A DNA stretch of 64,000 bases from Phyllosticta citribraziliensis (Eukaryota), in contig NW_027117346.1 of NCBI RefSeq assembly GCF_038025025.1, positions 124,001-188,000 on the forward strand. The letters are read 5' to 3'. The position numbers and the translations under genes were made by a program. Every line of letters starts with the position of its first letter. Position 1 is the stretch's first letter. Of the stretch, positions 36,901 through 48,641 are shown in pieces. The notes beneath the pieces were generated by a model, which was not told the origin of the DNA, searched no databases, and worked only from the letters and a program-made list of their open reading frames with translations.

Positions 36901-37209
36901 TTACACCCAGGACCGAAGCGAAATTCCTGCAGGTGCGTAAATGAAGGCGGCGGCGAGCAGTGCTGTTTCTTTTGCTCCTGTGTTGCTGTGCCGCTGTGCC
37001 GCCGGCTGCGATGTTTTGAATCGCGGTTGGGGAAGAAAAGAAATAGAGGGAAAGCAGACAGAAAGGGAAATCAGTCATGACAGACCGAAGAAGAAGAAGG
37101 GTATTTCCCGTACTCCGTTGCGCCGAATAGAGGTCGTTGGGACAAGGAAAGGGTTATCATCCATGGGCTTCCGGCTGAGAAAGGGAATTCGTTATGACAA
37201 AAAGACTCA

Positions 37210-38485
37210 TCAAGTCAGTTCGCGTTGTTGCTTTGTCGCCCAAGGAAGACTTGAGTCAGCTCCAACCTGCGTCATCTGGCCCAAGTTGCGGAGCCGCTGA
37301 CGGACGCGCGCCCGGAGGCTGTCTCCATTCGTACCGTTGTTCTGATGGGCGGCAATGAGATCCAGCAGTTCATCCACCTTGGAGTCAACGGCCTTGAGAG
37401 CTTCAATGGTCGCAGGGGAGTCGTCGTAGATCTCCTGGGACTGCGTCGGGTTGGTGTGCTCTGCATGCTCCAGCTGCTCCTCGCGCACCGTCTGCTTTAC
37501 ATGCACTGGATGCTCCAAGTGCATTGGCTTCTCCGAGAGAATAGACTGATGAATGAAGTCGTCGTAGGGGCCAAATCCGAAGCTAGCCGTGGTCTCACTA
37601 GCCAGAGTCTGCGACAGCATTACTTGAGGCTCTCTGAGGTTGGGTTGCGCCTGGAAAAGCTGGTTCTCTTGGACAACAGGAGTCTCCGAGGTGTGAGGAC
37701 GCATCGCAAGAGGGCGATACGGCTGGGCAGGCCTGTATCCAGGCGGACAGAAACCACCAGTTGCAGAAGGAGTGGGGTCCATGACGGTGGAGTAGGTTTC
37801 GCAGTATGGGTGACGCTTCTGGTGTTGCGAAGGTCCTTGAGCCGGAGCCTGCTCGTAGGCCGAGTGGCTCGCGATTGAAGGGTCCCGCGACATTGCGGCA
37901 GAGTGATAATCCGAGAAACAGGTCGGAGCTGGGGACGCATGGTCGATCGCGCCCGAGGCAATAGTCGTAGGATACACGCCAGTGAAATCCGTAGCCGCGT
38001 TGTTGAAGTAGGCACGACTCTGGCTGGGCGCAGTTGTACGGTCGCCAAGGTGGGCGTGTATATTGGGCAAAGGCAATTATTCCGGGACAGGCTCCTTGGG
38101 GCTCTGACTATCAACAGAGGCTTTGGCGGCCTGGTTGGCGCGGTGCTCCGCCTTTGGCTTGCGGGGCTTGTGCCTTTCGGTTGGGCTGGATAAAGTTAGG
38201 GTTGAGCAAGAGAGAGGCCGCCGAGTTGGAAAGTAGACAAAGTCACGGAGATGCTAAGCTTTGGGGTGGTTTGACTTACTACTTGCCCGCATTGCCGAGC
38301 CTGCCCTCCATGACTTCCAGTCCGGGCATATTTTTCTCGTGATTCTCCTTGACGTGGGCCCGAAGATGCGAGGTCTGGTTGAAATTGGACTTCATACAGT
38401 ACCCGCACTGCCGCTCGCAGTGATAGATCATGAATTCGCCCGTAATGGGCCAATCATGGTTGTGGAGGGGGTTGCCACAAGGCAT
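37210..38485 (-). pseudogene. Cys/His-domain family copy A, premature stop
   Basis: Exon 1 MPCGNPLHNHDWP...CERQCGYC...SHLRAHVKENH; intron 38186-38279; in-frame TAA at 38077-38079 before a 288-codon continuation similar to copy C. Confidence 0.75.
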
Positions 38486-38963
38486 GCTTGGTACTAGCCC
38501 TGTTTCGCCCGTCATTAGCTCAAGGTCGTTGCGACGAGGGTCAGCAGAAATGGTGTTACCTTGAGGTATATACTAACGACTAAAGTGACAAGAGAAAGCG
38601 CTCCCAGGGAGCCTTCAAACGCAGCACTTGGGAGAAGTTGCTCGAGAGGAGGTGGTGGTGAAAGACGTCGATGCGGGTCGAAGACGTGTGTGCTTGAGAA
38701 GTGGTGTTCGAAGAAAAGAGTGCAGTGATAGGATTGAGTGACGGCAGCTTGAGCAAAGAGGCTTGTTCAATTGCGGTCGTTGAAGGACGGTTATCCAGAG
38801 GAGAGAAGGGTGATGGATGTGGGCTTGGTTGGAAGAGTAGGTGTTTTTGAGTTGGCATTTTTTGCGCTGTCTGACAACCTACATAGTAGGGCTATACTTA
38901 CGCGCTTCTTGCGTGGCTTTTAGTCCTGTGACTAACACCTAAATGTGTTAATATACAATTGCA

Positions 38964-40450
38964 TTATTCTAAGCCACCAGCACACCCACCAATCCACCAG
39001 GCCCCTGTGACGTGCCATACCACCATACCGTATACTCGCACTTGTGAAAACAATCCAGAAGTCCGTGCTGCAAACGACGAGAAGCGAGCTGCGCGCCACG
39101 CCATCAAACCACCTGGGGCGAAGGAGCGGGACCAGAGAAGGCAGCGAGCAGCGCTACTGAGCCGTTGCTGATTGCGATGCTTTTGACCGCGCGTGCAGAA
39201 GAGAAGAGAGAAAAGGCAGACCCAAAAGAGAAACCGTCGTAGCAGGTCGGCGAAGTGGGTATCGTCCGTAGTCCATTGCGCCGAAGAGAAGATAATTGGA
39301 CCAAGGAAATTGAATGCTTCCTGAGGCTGCATCAAGTTGGGCAGCTCGCAAGTCATTGGGGCAAAGCCGAAATCGAAATCTTCAAATCCGCCCAAGCTGT
39401 CAATGGTCTCTGCAGAGAGGATCTCGGGCTGCGTCAGATCGGGCTGCGCCATGTCGATCGGCTGAAAGTTGTCGGACGTAGTAGGGCAGGCCGCGGTCTC
39501 CGCGGGCAAGTTCTGCGACAACATGACTTGAGGTCCGGGGACGCCCATGGCCTGGGCCGTTGGATTCGAGCTGCTGGGACGAATAGGAAGATCGAGGCAC
39601 TGCTCGTAGGAGCGGTATCCGGAAAGGTAAGGGTTTTCCGTAGCAAAAGCACAAGAACCTGGCTCGACTCTGTTGCTGTCGACTTGTTGCCGTCGTCGAC
39701 TTTGTTGTCGACTTCGTTTTGCTCTTGCTTGAATTTGGAATCGTCTGTCGCGAATTCATCGTCCTCATCCAGCGCTGGTAGAGGAAGGCTCGTAGCACAT
39801 GACAGGCTGCTGCGGAGCATGATGGAAGCCCGAGTACGGAGCAGCGACGTAGCCTGTGGATGGACCTGCGAGGGAAGCATCTCGAGACATGGGAGCCGAG
39901 TGGTATCCGGAGAACTGACTCGGCGCGGGAGACGTGTACTCGACGGCGCTGGAGTCCATCGGAGTTGGGCCAGCAGTAGCGGAAGGTCCAGTCCTGTTGT
40001 TCACAAAGCTGTTGTCCTGGCTGAGCGCCAAATGAGCGTGGCCCAAAGCTGTGAGGGCCAGGTCCTGGTCCAGGGCAGACGGTTCGTTGCCAGCGGCGAC
40101 GTCGGCGTTGGATACGGAACTTCCCTCACCAGCAGAGGCCTTGTCTTGGTTTTGACGCACCACCTGCTTCGACTTACGGGGCTTGTGTCGCTCCGTTGGG
40201 CTACGCGGCGTCAGCTTTGAATGGTAGAGGGCAAGCACGAAGAAGGCATAATTTGAGACTTTGACTTACGACTTCCCCGCGTTACCCAGTTTGCCTTTGA
40301 GGACCTTGAGTCCTGGCATCTTCGTCTCGTGACGGTCCTTGACATGAGCTCGAAGATGAGAGCTCTGTTTGAAGTTTGATGCCGGGCAGAATCCACACTG
40401 TAGCTCACAGTGCCAGACCTCAAGGAGGGTGGCAGCAAGTTATGTTCGTG
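38964..40450 (-). pseudogene. Cys/His-domain family copy B, 5'-truncated with internal stops
   Basis: VWHCELQCGFCPASNFKQSSHLRAHVKDRH with no in-frame ATG; intron 40201-40269; PTERHKPRK; in-frame TGA at 39765-39767 and 39756-39758; downstream PQVMLSQ and IDMAQPDL match copies A and C. Confidence 0.75.
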
Positions 40451-41019
40451 AGTGAGGGTGGAGGGCTATAGGTACGCGCTTCCTGCCTGGCTTTCAGTCC
40501 TATGACTGACATGCAGATGTGTTAATATACAATTGCATTGTTCGATCCACCAGCCCATCCATCCCTCTATACTGTACCATCATACCGCGAAAATATACCC
40601 GTGAGAACCATTCAGAGGTCCATGACGCAAGCTTCAAGAAGCAACACGCCATCCAGCCACCAAGGCCGAAAGTAACTCGGGCAGAGACGCGCAACCGAAG
40701 ACGACGGCAAGCAGTATGGCCAACAGAGGTGGTGCTGTGCCTTTGACTGCAGCGAAGAAGAGAAGAGCAAGAAAGAAAGCAGACTGAAAGGCAACTCGTC
40801 GAAGAAGGTTGAAGAAGCGTGGTATTTCCAACCGTCCGTTGCGCCGAGAAAGGTCGTTCGTCCAAGGAAATGGGTATTACGGCTGGGTATTGTCGAAGAA
40901 AGGAAATTCGTGACGACAAGAAGACGACTTGTTCAAAAGGTTGTTCGTGGTTTTGTCGTGCAAAATCATGGGGCCCATTGAGCGTAAAGCAGCCCGTTGC
41001 CAAGGTGAGCGGCCTCCAG

Positions 41020-42225
41020 CTACTCCATGCTGCTCAAGTCGGCCTGGACCGTCGGCTTGTTGCCAATGGTTTGCATGCGCTGGAGGATGCGTGCCTTGAG
41101 GCTGTGCAATCTGGCGCCTTTGCTCAGACCGTCGGCAAGCACGTCCTCAATCTCATCTAGCTTGGCGTCAAGGGCTTGGAGAGCTTCAAAGGTGACAGGA
41201 GAGTCGTCGCACTCCTCCTGAGACTGCGTAGGGGTGGTCTTCTCCGCAGCAATGGGCTGCAAGACAAAGTCGTCAGGATTGCCCAAGCCGGCGATGAAGT
41301 CCTCAAACGTGATGTCAGGCAGCGGCAGGTCAAACTGCGTCATGTCAATCGGGATATTGTCGAACGGAGCCAAGCCTTCGGCAGCGTGCAAGGGAGAGAC
41401 TTGAGCTAGCATGTCCTGCTCGGGCTGGTGAAATTCGACCGCGGTATCCAGGCTGTTAGAACGAGTAGGAAGTGTCAGAGGCTGCTGCTCGGGGTTGTAA
41501 CCGGAGAAGTAGGCATTTCCCGTGCCATACGAAGGTCCTCGTGACATCGGCGCAGAGTAGTAGCCGGAGAACGAGGTCTCAGCAGGAGACGCGTGGTTGA
41601 AGGCGCGTTTCAAGTCGGCAGGGCCTGTGGGAGGGCAAGGCTCCATGGCATTGTTGGAAAAGCCCAAGTCCTGGCCGAGCGCAGTCTGGAGAGAGCCGTG
41701 GGTTGTGAAGTCCTGGACTTGACCAGACGTTTCGGGAGGAGCGGCAACGTAAGTGTTGGTCGCAACTTGGACCGGCTGTTCATGCAGGTGAGTGGGCGCC
41801 GTGGGGAGCGGAAGCTGCAATGGGTAGCTCTGTTTAGAGCTCTGTCCACTAGGATATGCCTCGACAGCGTGCTGGACACGCTTCTCCGCCTTTGGCTTGC
41901 GGGGCTTATGGCGTTCGGTGTAACTGAACAAAGTCAGCTCTGAACGAGGGAGAGGGTGCTGGCCTGAAGAGTGACTGGAGTGTATGAAGCAGAGAGAAGC
42001 TCTGCCTGGGGTCTCGACTTACTATTTTCCTTTGTTTCCCAACTCTCCACGAAGGACTTCAAGGTCTGGGTACTGCTTCTTGTGCAACTTGGCGTGATCC
42101 CGAAGATGAGATGTTTGTTTGAAGTTGGACCTCTGGCAGAAACCGCACTGCCGCTCGCAGTGCCAGATTGTAAGTTCGCCTGAAGTGGGCCAAACATGGC
42201 TGTGGAGGGGATTGCTGCAAGGCAT
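41020..42225 (-). CDS. Cys/His-domain (C2H2-like zinc finger) family copy C, apparently intact
   Basis: MPCSNPLHSHVWP...CERQCGFC...SHLRDHAKLH; intron 41924-42022; YTERHKPRKPK; FSGYYSAPMSR; helical C-terminus EALQALDAKLDEI. Confidence 0.8.
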
Positions 42226-42794
42226 GCTTGCCGTAGTGTCTGTCTGGTTCTGCCATCAGTCTAGTCCAGATTTTTTGTGACGGACGTCGGTGAGAGTTGA
42301 GCTACCTTGGATATTTGTGTAAGAGCAGAGTCGTCAAAGGCTCTTCAAAAGCACCGGCAGAGATGCCTTGAAGGTACCGTGGGACAGAATATACTCAAGA
42401 TGAGGCGGTGGAGGACGGTCGAGAAACGCCTTTGACGCGGGCCAAAGACGCGTGGTTGGGGAGTGATACACAAAGCAAAGAGCTGAAGAGAAGGGTCGAA
42501 GGAGCGCAAGAAATGAAAACGATGTTTTGGAAGACCACTTTTGGCCACAGCAGCTTGTGCAAAGTAGCGTGGGCAGACGCAGTTACAGAAGAACGGTGGT
42601 CTGGAGGAAAGGTGGTGAGGAAGACCAAGGGTGGACGACCACGCTCTGTTGTCTACCCATCAGACCTGCCGAGCTACTTCGACAATGGGAAAAGGAGGCC
42701 CAAGCTTGTGAAGTTGATTCACATCGATTCACAAGAGATTGTGAAGGGTCGAGATTGACCGCCGTGAGTTCGAGACCAACACCTGGAATTCTTT

Positions 42795-43442
42795 TCATAC
42801 CAGGGCCGTCTGGGTGCTCCAAATGGACAACGCACTTGTCCATGGGCTTAAGAGCGATATATACAGTCCAGAAAGCTCGATGAATGCAAGTCGAGATGTT
42901 GTGGTCTCCAAGCCCTTGGGTATCATCAAGGCGCGGCATGGTGTTGACCTTGCTGTAACCATCTCACCTGTGAAGCACTCCAACTTGGACAACAGATTTT
43001 CTCCATGCTTCTCAAGCTCTTGAATACCCAATTCAGCCCACGTAAAATTCCTCTCAAAAAGATCGCACCGGCGACGCGTCGGCTGGTGGAGAGTCATTGG
43101 GTCCTCAGATTTACCCACTCTGGCTCGACACTTGTCAAAACTCATTTTACGGAGCTCAGTTAGACCATAGAGACGCGATGATGTGGTCTTTCCGGCGCAA
43201 TCGAAAGCTTTCCCCTGATGGCTTGATTGTGTCCTCTTCCAATGGCAGCAGCTTGTGCCCGAGTTTTTGGCGCGAATGGTCTCCATGTTGAAACTCGAAA
43301 TCGACTTCCCAGCTCTTTCAAGTCTCGCGACCAATTTCCAGGGCTTGAAGCGATTTCTTGTCGGTTCCAGGAACTCCGTGAATGAGTTGTAAAAGTAAGG
43401 AAAGACGTGAGGTCGGCGTGGTCGAGTAGCCGACGGCATCAC
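42795..43442 (-). other. Possible gene remnant or hypothetical membrane protein, 215-aa ORF
   Basis: Hydrophobic C-terminus (RLAFIELSGLYISLLSPWTSALSIWS) after a helical stretch, loosely like CorA-type tails. No firm motif. Confidence 0.25.
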
Positions 43443-43893
43443 GTAAGCACCTTATCGCCAATCATGGCGTCACCACAGCAAACGCAAAACCTGTACGAGT
43501 CAGAAGCAACCCGCATCTCCATCGTCCTCAATTGGCACGTTGCGTGCAAGATGCAAGGGCCGGTGCAGAAAGCCGCAGAGCCAAAGGCGCCTCGTCCGCG
43601 GTGATTCGCCTTTGTCGTCGCGTGGCTTCGGCTGCCTTGATCCACACTGGAGAGGCGGTGTCGACAAACTCACCACCCCACAAAAAGCTCTATCCTGTCC
43701 CGAGGTTTCGATTGTCTTTGGTTTCGCGCTTTTCATTCCACATTAGTCCAAATTGCTTCATAACAGCATCGACCTTGAAAGCTTACCTCCAAGTTGGTTA
43801 GACATGAACCTTCCGCGGCACGCTTCCTGAGCTAATGAGCCCTAGATATATACAACGAGTGCGGGAAGGACCGATTCCGGAGCACTGTTCAGC

Positions 43894-45020
43894 ATGATTC
43901 CATCCAATTCGATTCGGGTTCAGCTTGCAGAGTTTCTGAACCCATATGTTGTTCGCTCGCCCTTGCGGCTTTTCGAAATAGCCGACCAGTCGATGTGCGC
44001 TTTTTCCTCCTCAGATATGCACTGGTTACTGAGATGTACAGCTGCCCGCCGGTCATCCGCAGATGCTGTCAAAATATCCTTGCAAGCGAATGGTCGCATC
44101 GACTGCCGTTCATCCAGCAAAGGTCGCCGGCAGAGTTGGCTGCTGCGGTAATCTTGGAAGCGCTGGACGATTTTGCTGACCCCGATGAGTCTGGTCTCAC
44201 CGTTGTCGACTTTTGCTCTGGAAGTGGAGGTGCGACTGTCCATTCGAATTTTGCGGCGCTGGAGGATTCCTGTTGACAGCTCGTAGGGCCGGTCCCCATC
44301 ATCGAAAAGATTGTGAACCGGAGACGCAAAGAACGACGAATGTCTCCAGTGTCGTTTCTGATGACAGACTTGAACCCGCACGTTGGGGCATGGGAAATCG
44401 CTTCTGCAAAAAGTCGTCACTTGAGCTTTGTCCCGGAAGCAGTTGACGCCACTCACCCTCCCAGCTCCGTCATCAGTGCTTCCGCCAGCCCCGAAGACCT
44501 CTTGTCCAACGCGGGTCCTAAACGCCGCGTCTTCCGCCTGTACTGCCTCTGCTTCCACCACTTCTCGGACCCCATGGCACGACAGGTCCTCGCGTCGACG
44601 CTCGACACAGCCGATGGATTCGCCATTCTTGAATTGCAAGACCGTCGGCTCGCCTCCTTTGTCCTCATGCTCTTGGATTTCTTTTTCATATTCCTGATGA
44701 CGCCGATTTGGTTTGGTGCGAGTCCGATGCATCTCCTCTTTACCTACATTTTCCCCGTCATCCCGTTCATCATGGCGTTTGATGGAGTCGTCAGCAGTCT
44801 GCGTACGCGAACGTTCTGCGAGGTCGTACAGCTCATCGATGGCATCCAGGGCGACTGCAAAACGGAGAAAGCTGTTAGCAAGGTGTCTCTTTTGGATCAA
44901 GTGGGAAAAGTTGACAGGCTTGGCTGGGAGTTTCGGGGCGGGAGGGAAGTGCACACTTGGCCGCTTGGATACTTCAACTACATTGTTGGAAGGAGAAAGA
45001 GCAAGAGGAGTCAACTCTAA
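43894..45020 (+). CDS. Uncharacterised fungal SAM-dependent methyltransferase-fold protein
   Basis: RLFEIADQ; intron 43995-44041; VVDFCSGSG|GP (intron 44230-44286); MTDLNPH; VDAT; FHHFSD; FDGVVSSLRTRT. Confidence 0.85.
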
Positions 45021-46572
45021 GACATTGGCCAACAGCCAGCCCGCGTGGTTGCGAAATAAAGGCTTTCCTTTATACCTCTTTACATCGACACGAGCTCAAA
45101 CAGCTTTCTGTGTCACAATCCATGACCGATTGGGGTCTAGAAAGCACGGTGTTTGTCGGGCGAATGCTCCTTGTCCCCTTTGTTTCGAATCTGCACCGCC
45201 AACAACAATCAAGTCAGACTCCGTCCTCCCCAACTTTGACCGTGTACAAGCTCTCTTGGCTCAGGCAAAATCCACTTACCTCTCCAACTAGTCATCGCAG
45301 GGTTCGACAGTCCTCCGCCCTCTCACCACCTCTTGCGCCGAGCTTTTCCGGCATCCCGTTGACGAGACGAAGCCGACGAAAAGCAGACGAGACAAACATG
45401 ACGATCCTCTGAGTTTGTCCAACAATTTGGTCAACCACATTCTCCTCTGCGCTGCCAAATCAGTCCGCGGCGTGCTCTGCGGGCCTTCAGCGTTTGACTC
45501 CAGTCCGTGCATCTGCGCTCGCACGTATGCGACAAGTCTATGGACGTGGCATCATCATGGTTGCGACAAGGCAAAGACACGCGTCTGAATGGTTGAGCAA
45601 GGGAAATAGAGTCGAAGTTGACTTCTGAGACATCCCTACAAGCGACGACAGGAGTATTCGAATTGTTGTCAAGATGACTAGATAGCATGTGTCTTTTCTT
45701 GTGATGCAGGCATTTCCTTCAAACTCAGATCGGGACTGCAAACCAGGGTCGAAACTTTGTTGAACATATGGTCAGCCCGGACTTCCGTTGCATGGAGCGG
45801 GAGCATTCGACAGCATCGACCAGGACAACACAAATTTTTGGTGTTGACAACATGTTGCTGAGAGTCGTTCCGTTCCTTGTCCATGGACCGCGATGTCTGT
45901 GAGATCTGTAGGACAATCATCTTTGTAGAGTTTGCTGTTGGGCAGGCGAACATTCCGCAAAGCAGCAATTTACTCGTCGAGACCAAAAAGGGAGACGCGA
46001 ATATGAGTCTTCTTTTATCTTGCTGTACTCCAGCGCAGAAACAAAAATACCTGATAGCGGAGTTCTGGAATACAAACCATTGGCGCGGTGCTGTCCCAAA
46101 GAAATGGTCTCTGGCAAGAACAGATCTGCGGGGAAAACCTAGGTGACTCGACTGCGACTAGCAGTCCAACATGGAAAACAAACATGGAGATTGAGAAGCA
46201 GCGCATATGGTATGCTGCGATTTGTCCATAGTTTTGCTCTTGGCGCGTTGGTTGGTTGCCCCATGCTCGTCGGTCCTCGGGGTGATGCAACGGCCCGTCA
46301 ACCGTGCTTCCTGCTTACTCCCGCAGCCTCCAACTTCAACCCTCACCGCATTTCAACAACCTTTGCAACCAGTACCTGCATCAAGACGGCCAACACGTGA
46401 TCTAACCTCGAAGCGCCTGGAAATCAAGGGTCGTTGCTCGCGAGACCCAAGTGCCACGAAAAACTCGTGCGCCCGTGGCGTTAAAAGGACGCGCTTCCAT
46501 TTCATCAACGTCGACGCTCGCTCACCTATCATCACCAACAACACTACATCAACCCAACCACCCTCCAACAAC

Positions 46573-47476
46573 ATGCCGTGCGCGGACGCCAACCATTTCG
46601 ATGAGGCTGGTGTGAACCGTCATTACTGGCCTCCTGAAGGCCCCTTGAGGGTCTGGCCCTGCGAGCGCGAGTGTGGCTACTGCGGATTTCGAAGCAGGGA
46701 TTCATCCCAGCTGCGGTCCCACGTACGTGAAGTCCATGTTGGCCAGGACTATCCCAAGGTGACTGTCATGGTCGGGCAGCGCCGCCCACCTTTATTGTGA
46801 GTTGTTTCTTGCGCAATATCATGGCTTTTGTTCATTGTTAACCAGTCACAGTGACAGCGCGATTCATAGCACAGTCCACCTGAAGGCGCAGTACGAGGGC
46901 AAGGCTCCGCTCAAGGAAGAGAAGAGATCAGCTGGACAGACCAAGCCTGCTGCGCTTGCCAAGCAAGAAGACGAGTCTAAGGAGAGTTTACAAGACGAGA
47001 CTGAAACCTCGCACCTGCTTGAACCAGGCCAGTCCAACGAGACCACTGATGGACCCTCTGCTTCTGTCAAGACCCGCCCTCGCAACGTTCAAGTCACGGA
47101 AAAGGCAGCTGCCGCTGCTGTAGATGCTGCTGATGGGCTCAACCGCAAGCGCAAGCGCCAGGCGCCTATCAAGTCTCATCCGCACGAGACCTATCCCTCG
47201 CGCATCAGTCCCAAGACCAACCAGACCTACACTGGAACACCCGAGATGAATGGGACCGACTCTACTGCTTACACCAGAGAGAGCACAGCCACCAATGGCC
47301 GCGCGGTCAATGGCCACGATCCGAACGAGAAGCTCTATGCCAACATCACCAACAACGTCGCTGGTCTGCTTGAGATTGCCGACGCTGCTGGACTGGATAA
47401 GCTCCGCGTCTACGATGCTGCCAACGACGCTCTCAAGAAGTTTCTGTTTGCCAAATCCAACTCCAAGGATCAGTGA
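46573..47476 (+). CDS. Cys/His-domain family copy D, divergent and inverted
   Basis: MPCADANH...HYWP...VWPCERECGYC...SQLRSHVREVH; phase-2 intron from 46797 (GTGAGT) at the equivalent position; RKRKR NLS-like motif; helical C-terminus. Confidence 0.75.
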
Positions 47477-48641
47477 GCGGCTCCTCGAGTTCTCTCCCAC
47501 ACGGAAAGCTGGCCAGCGAACGGCACGCAGTTGCGCATCTGCAGTTCCCATCAATCGGCACGACACATGCATTCTTTGCAATTCATCTCGAAGCTACCAG
47601 CTTGGCCTTCCTCACTTCGGCGTCAAAATCTCAATCCTTTTCAAGTTATGCCCCCAAAAGTTCCTTCTTGCGCCCACAAAAAGCACCAACCAGTCTTCTT
47701 TCCACTGCCCGCTCAAGCATTGACTATTGACACGGAACTTGGGACCACCTGCGTTCATTCTCAATGCGTTAAACTGGGAATTTGGTTTCTTCATGCGGTT
47801 ACCACGGGGAAGGATCCCTGCTTTTGCGTCAAAGACAGGATTTGACTTGGGTCATCATTGAGGACAGAGAAAGGAGAGGTTCGCCAATACAGTGGCATGG
47901 ATAGTCCAATGGTAGAGTATTGATTCTGCGAGTCCCGTGCGGCCCACTGACTGTGATGTGTGTGTCCTGTCTGAGTTGGATGTGCAATCTGCATGTTGGC
48001 AGTAGTCAAGTAAGTGTCTGAGCCCTGCGAGCACGCAGTCCAAAGCTGATTGTGAGGTGCCCAAACGCAGGCATAACCCAAAGCCCAGCACACGCCTGTC
48101 TATTGCTTGGTTCAAAAGCACTTGCTTGGGCTCCCAAGAAAGGCGATATTGAACAGGCTTTGCTACAGTGTTTGTTTGTTGGGCACGCGGATTGATCAGA
48201 GTTCAGTCATGTCGTGTTACCCCATCCCAGGCACGCTGTCAAATGTTGTGGCTCGGCCTCGGTTGTTTCCAAGCTATGACCACGATTGACGACTCTCATG
48301 GAGCGTTCGTTACTCTTGGTAGGCGACTCTCGTGGAGCGTTCATTACTCTGGTTTGAGCTGCGGTGCTATCTTCTGGTGCGGCTCATACTTGTGGACAGG
48401 CACAGCACTTGACTTATTACATGCGTCTGAGAAGCCACAACGCTTCTTGTCTGTGACCCCTAAGTGATAAGACTTGTCCATACCCCCCCTGTTCTCTATC
48501 CCGTACGCTAACCACTTGGATCTTCGCTTCTCTTCAATGGAATTAGAGCAGTAAGGATCATTCAATTTCATCAAGAAGTATCAAAAGCTGATCTGCTAGA
48601 GTTTCTGAGCGGGCCACTTATGGAAACTACAGCCCTAGAAC

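Noticed and set aside
39255..40220. 321-aa plus-strand ORF
   Set aside because: Antisense to paralogue copy B, with no motif.
36740..42560. Transposon origin for the repeated units
   Set aside because: No transposase, reverse transcriptase, terminal repeats or target-site duplications seen; intron-containing tandem gene duplication explains them.
43920..45032. 370-aa minus-strand ORF
   Set aside because: Antisense shadow of the methyltransferase-fold gene.
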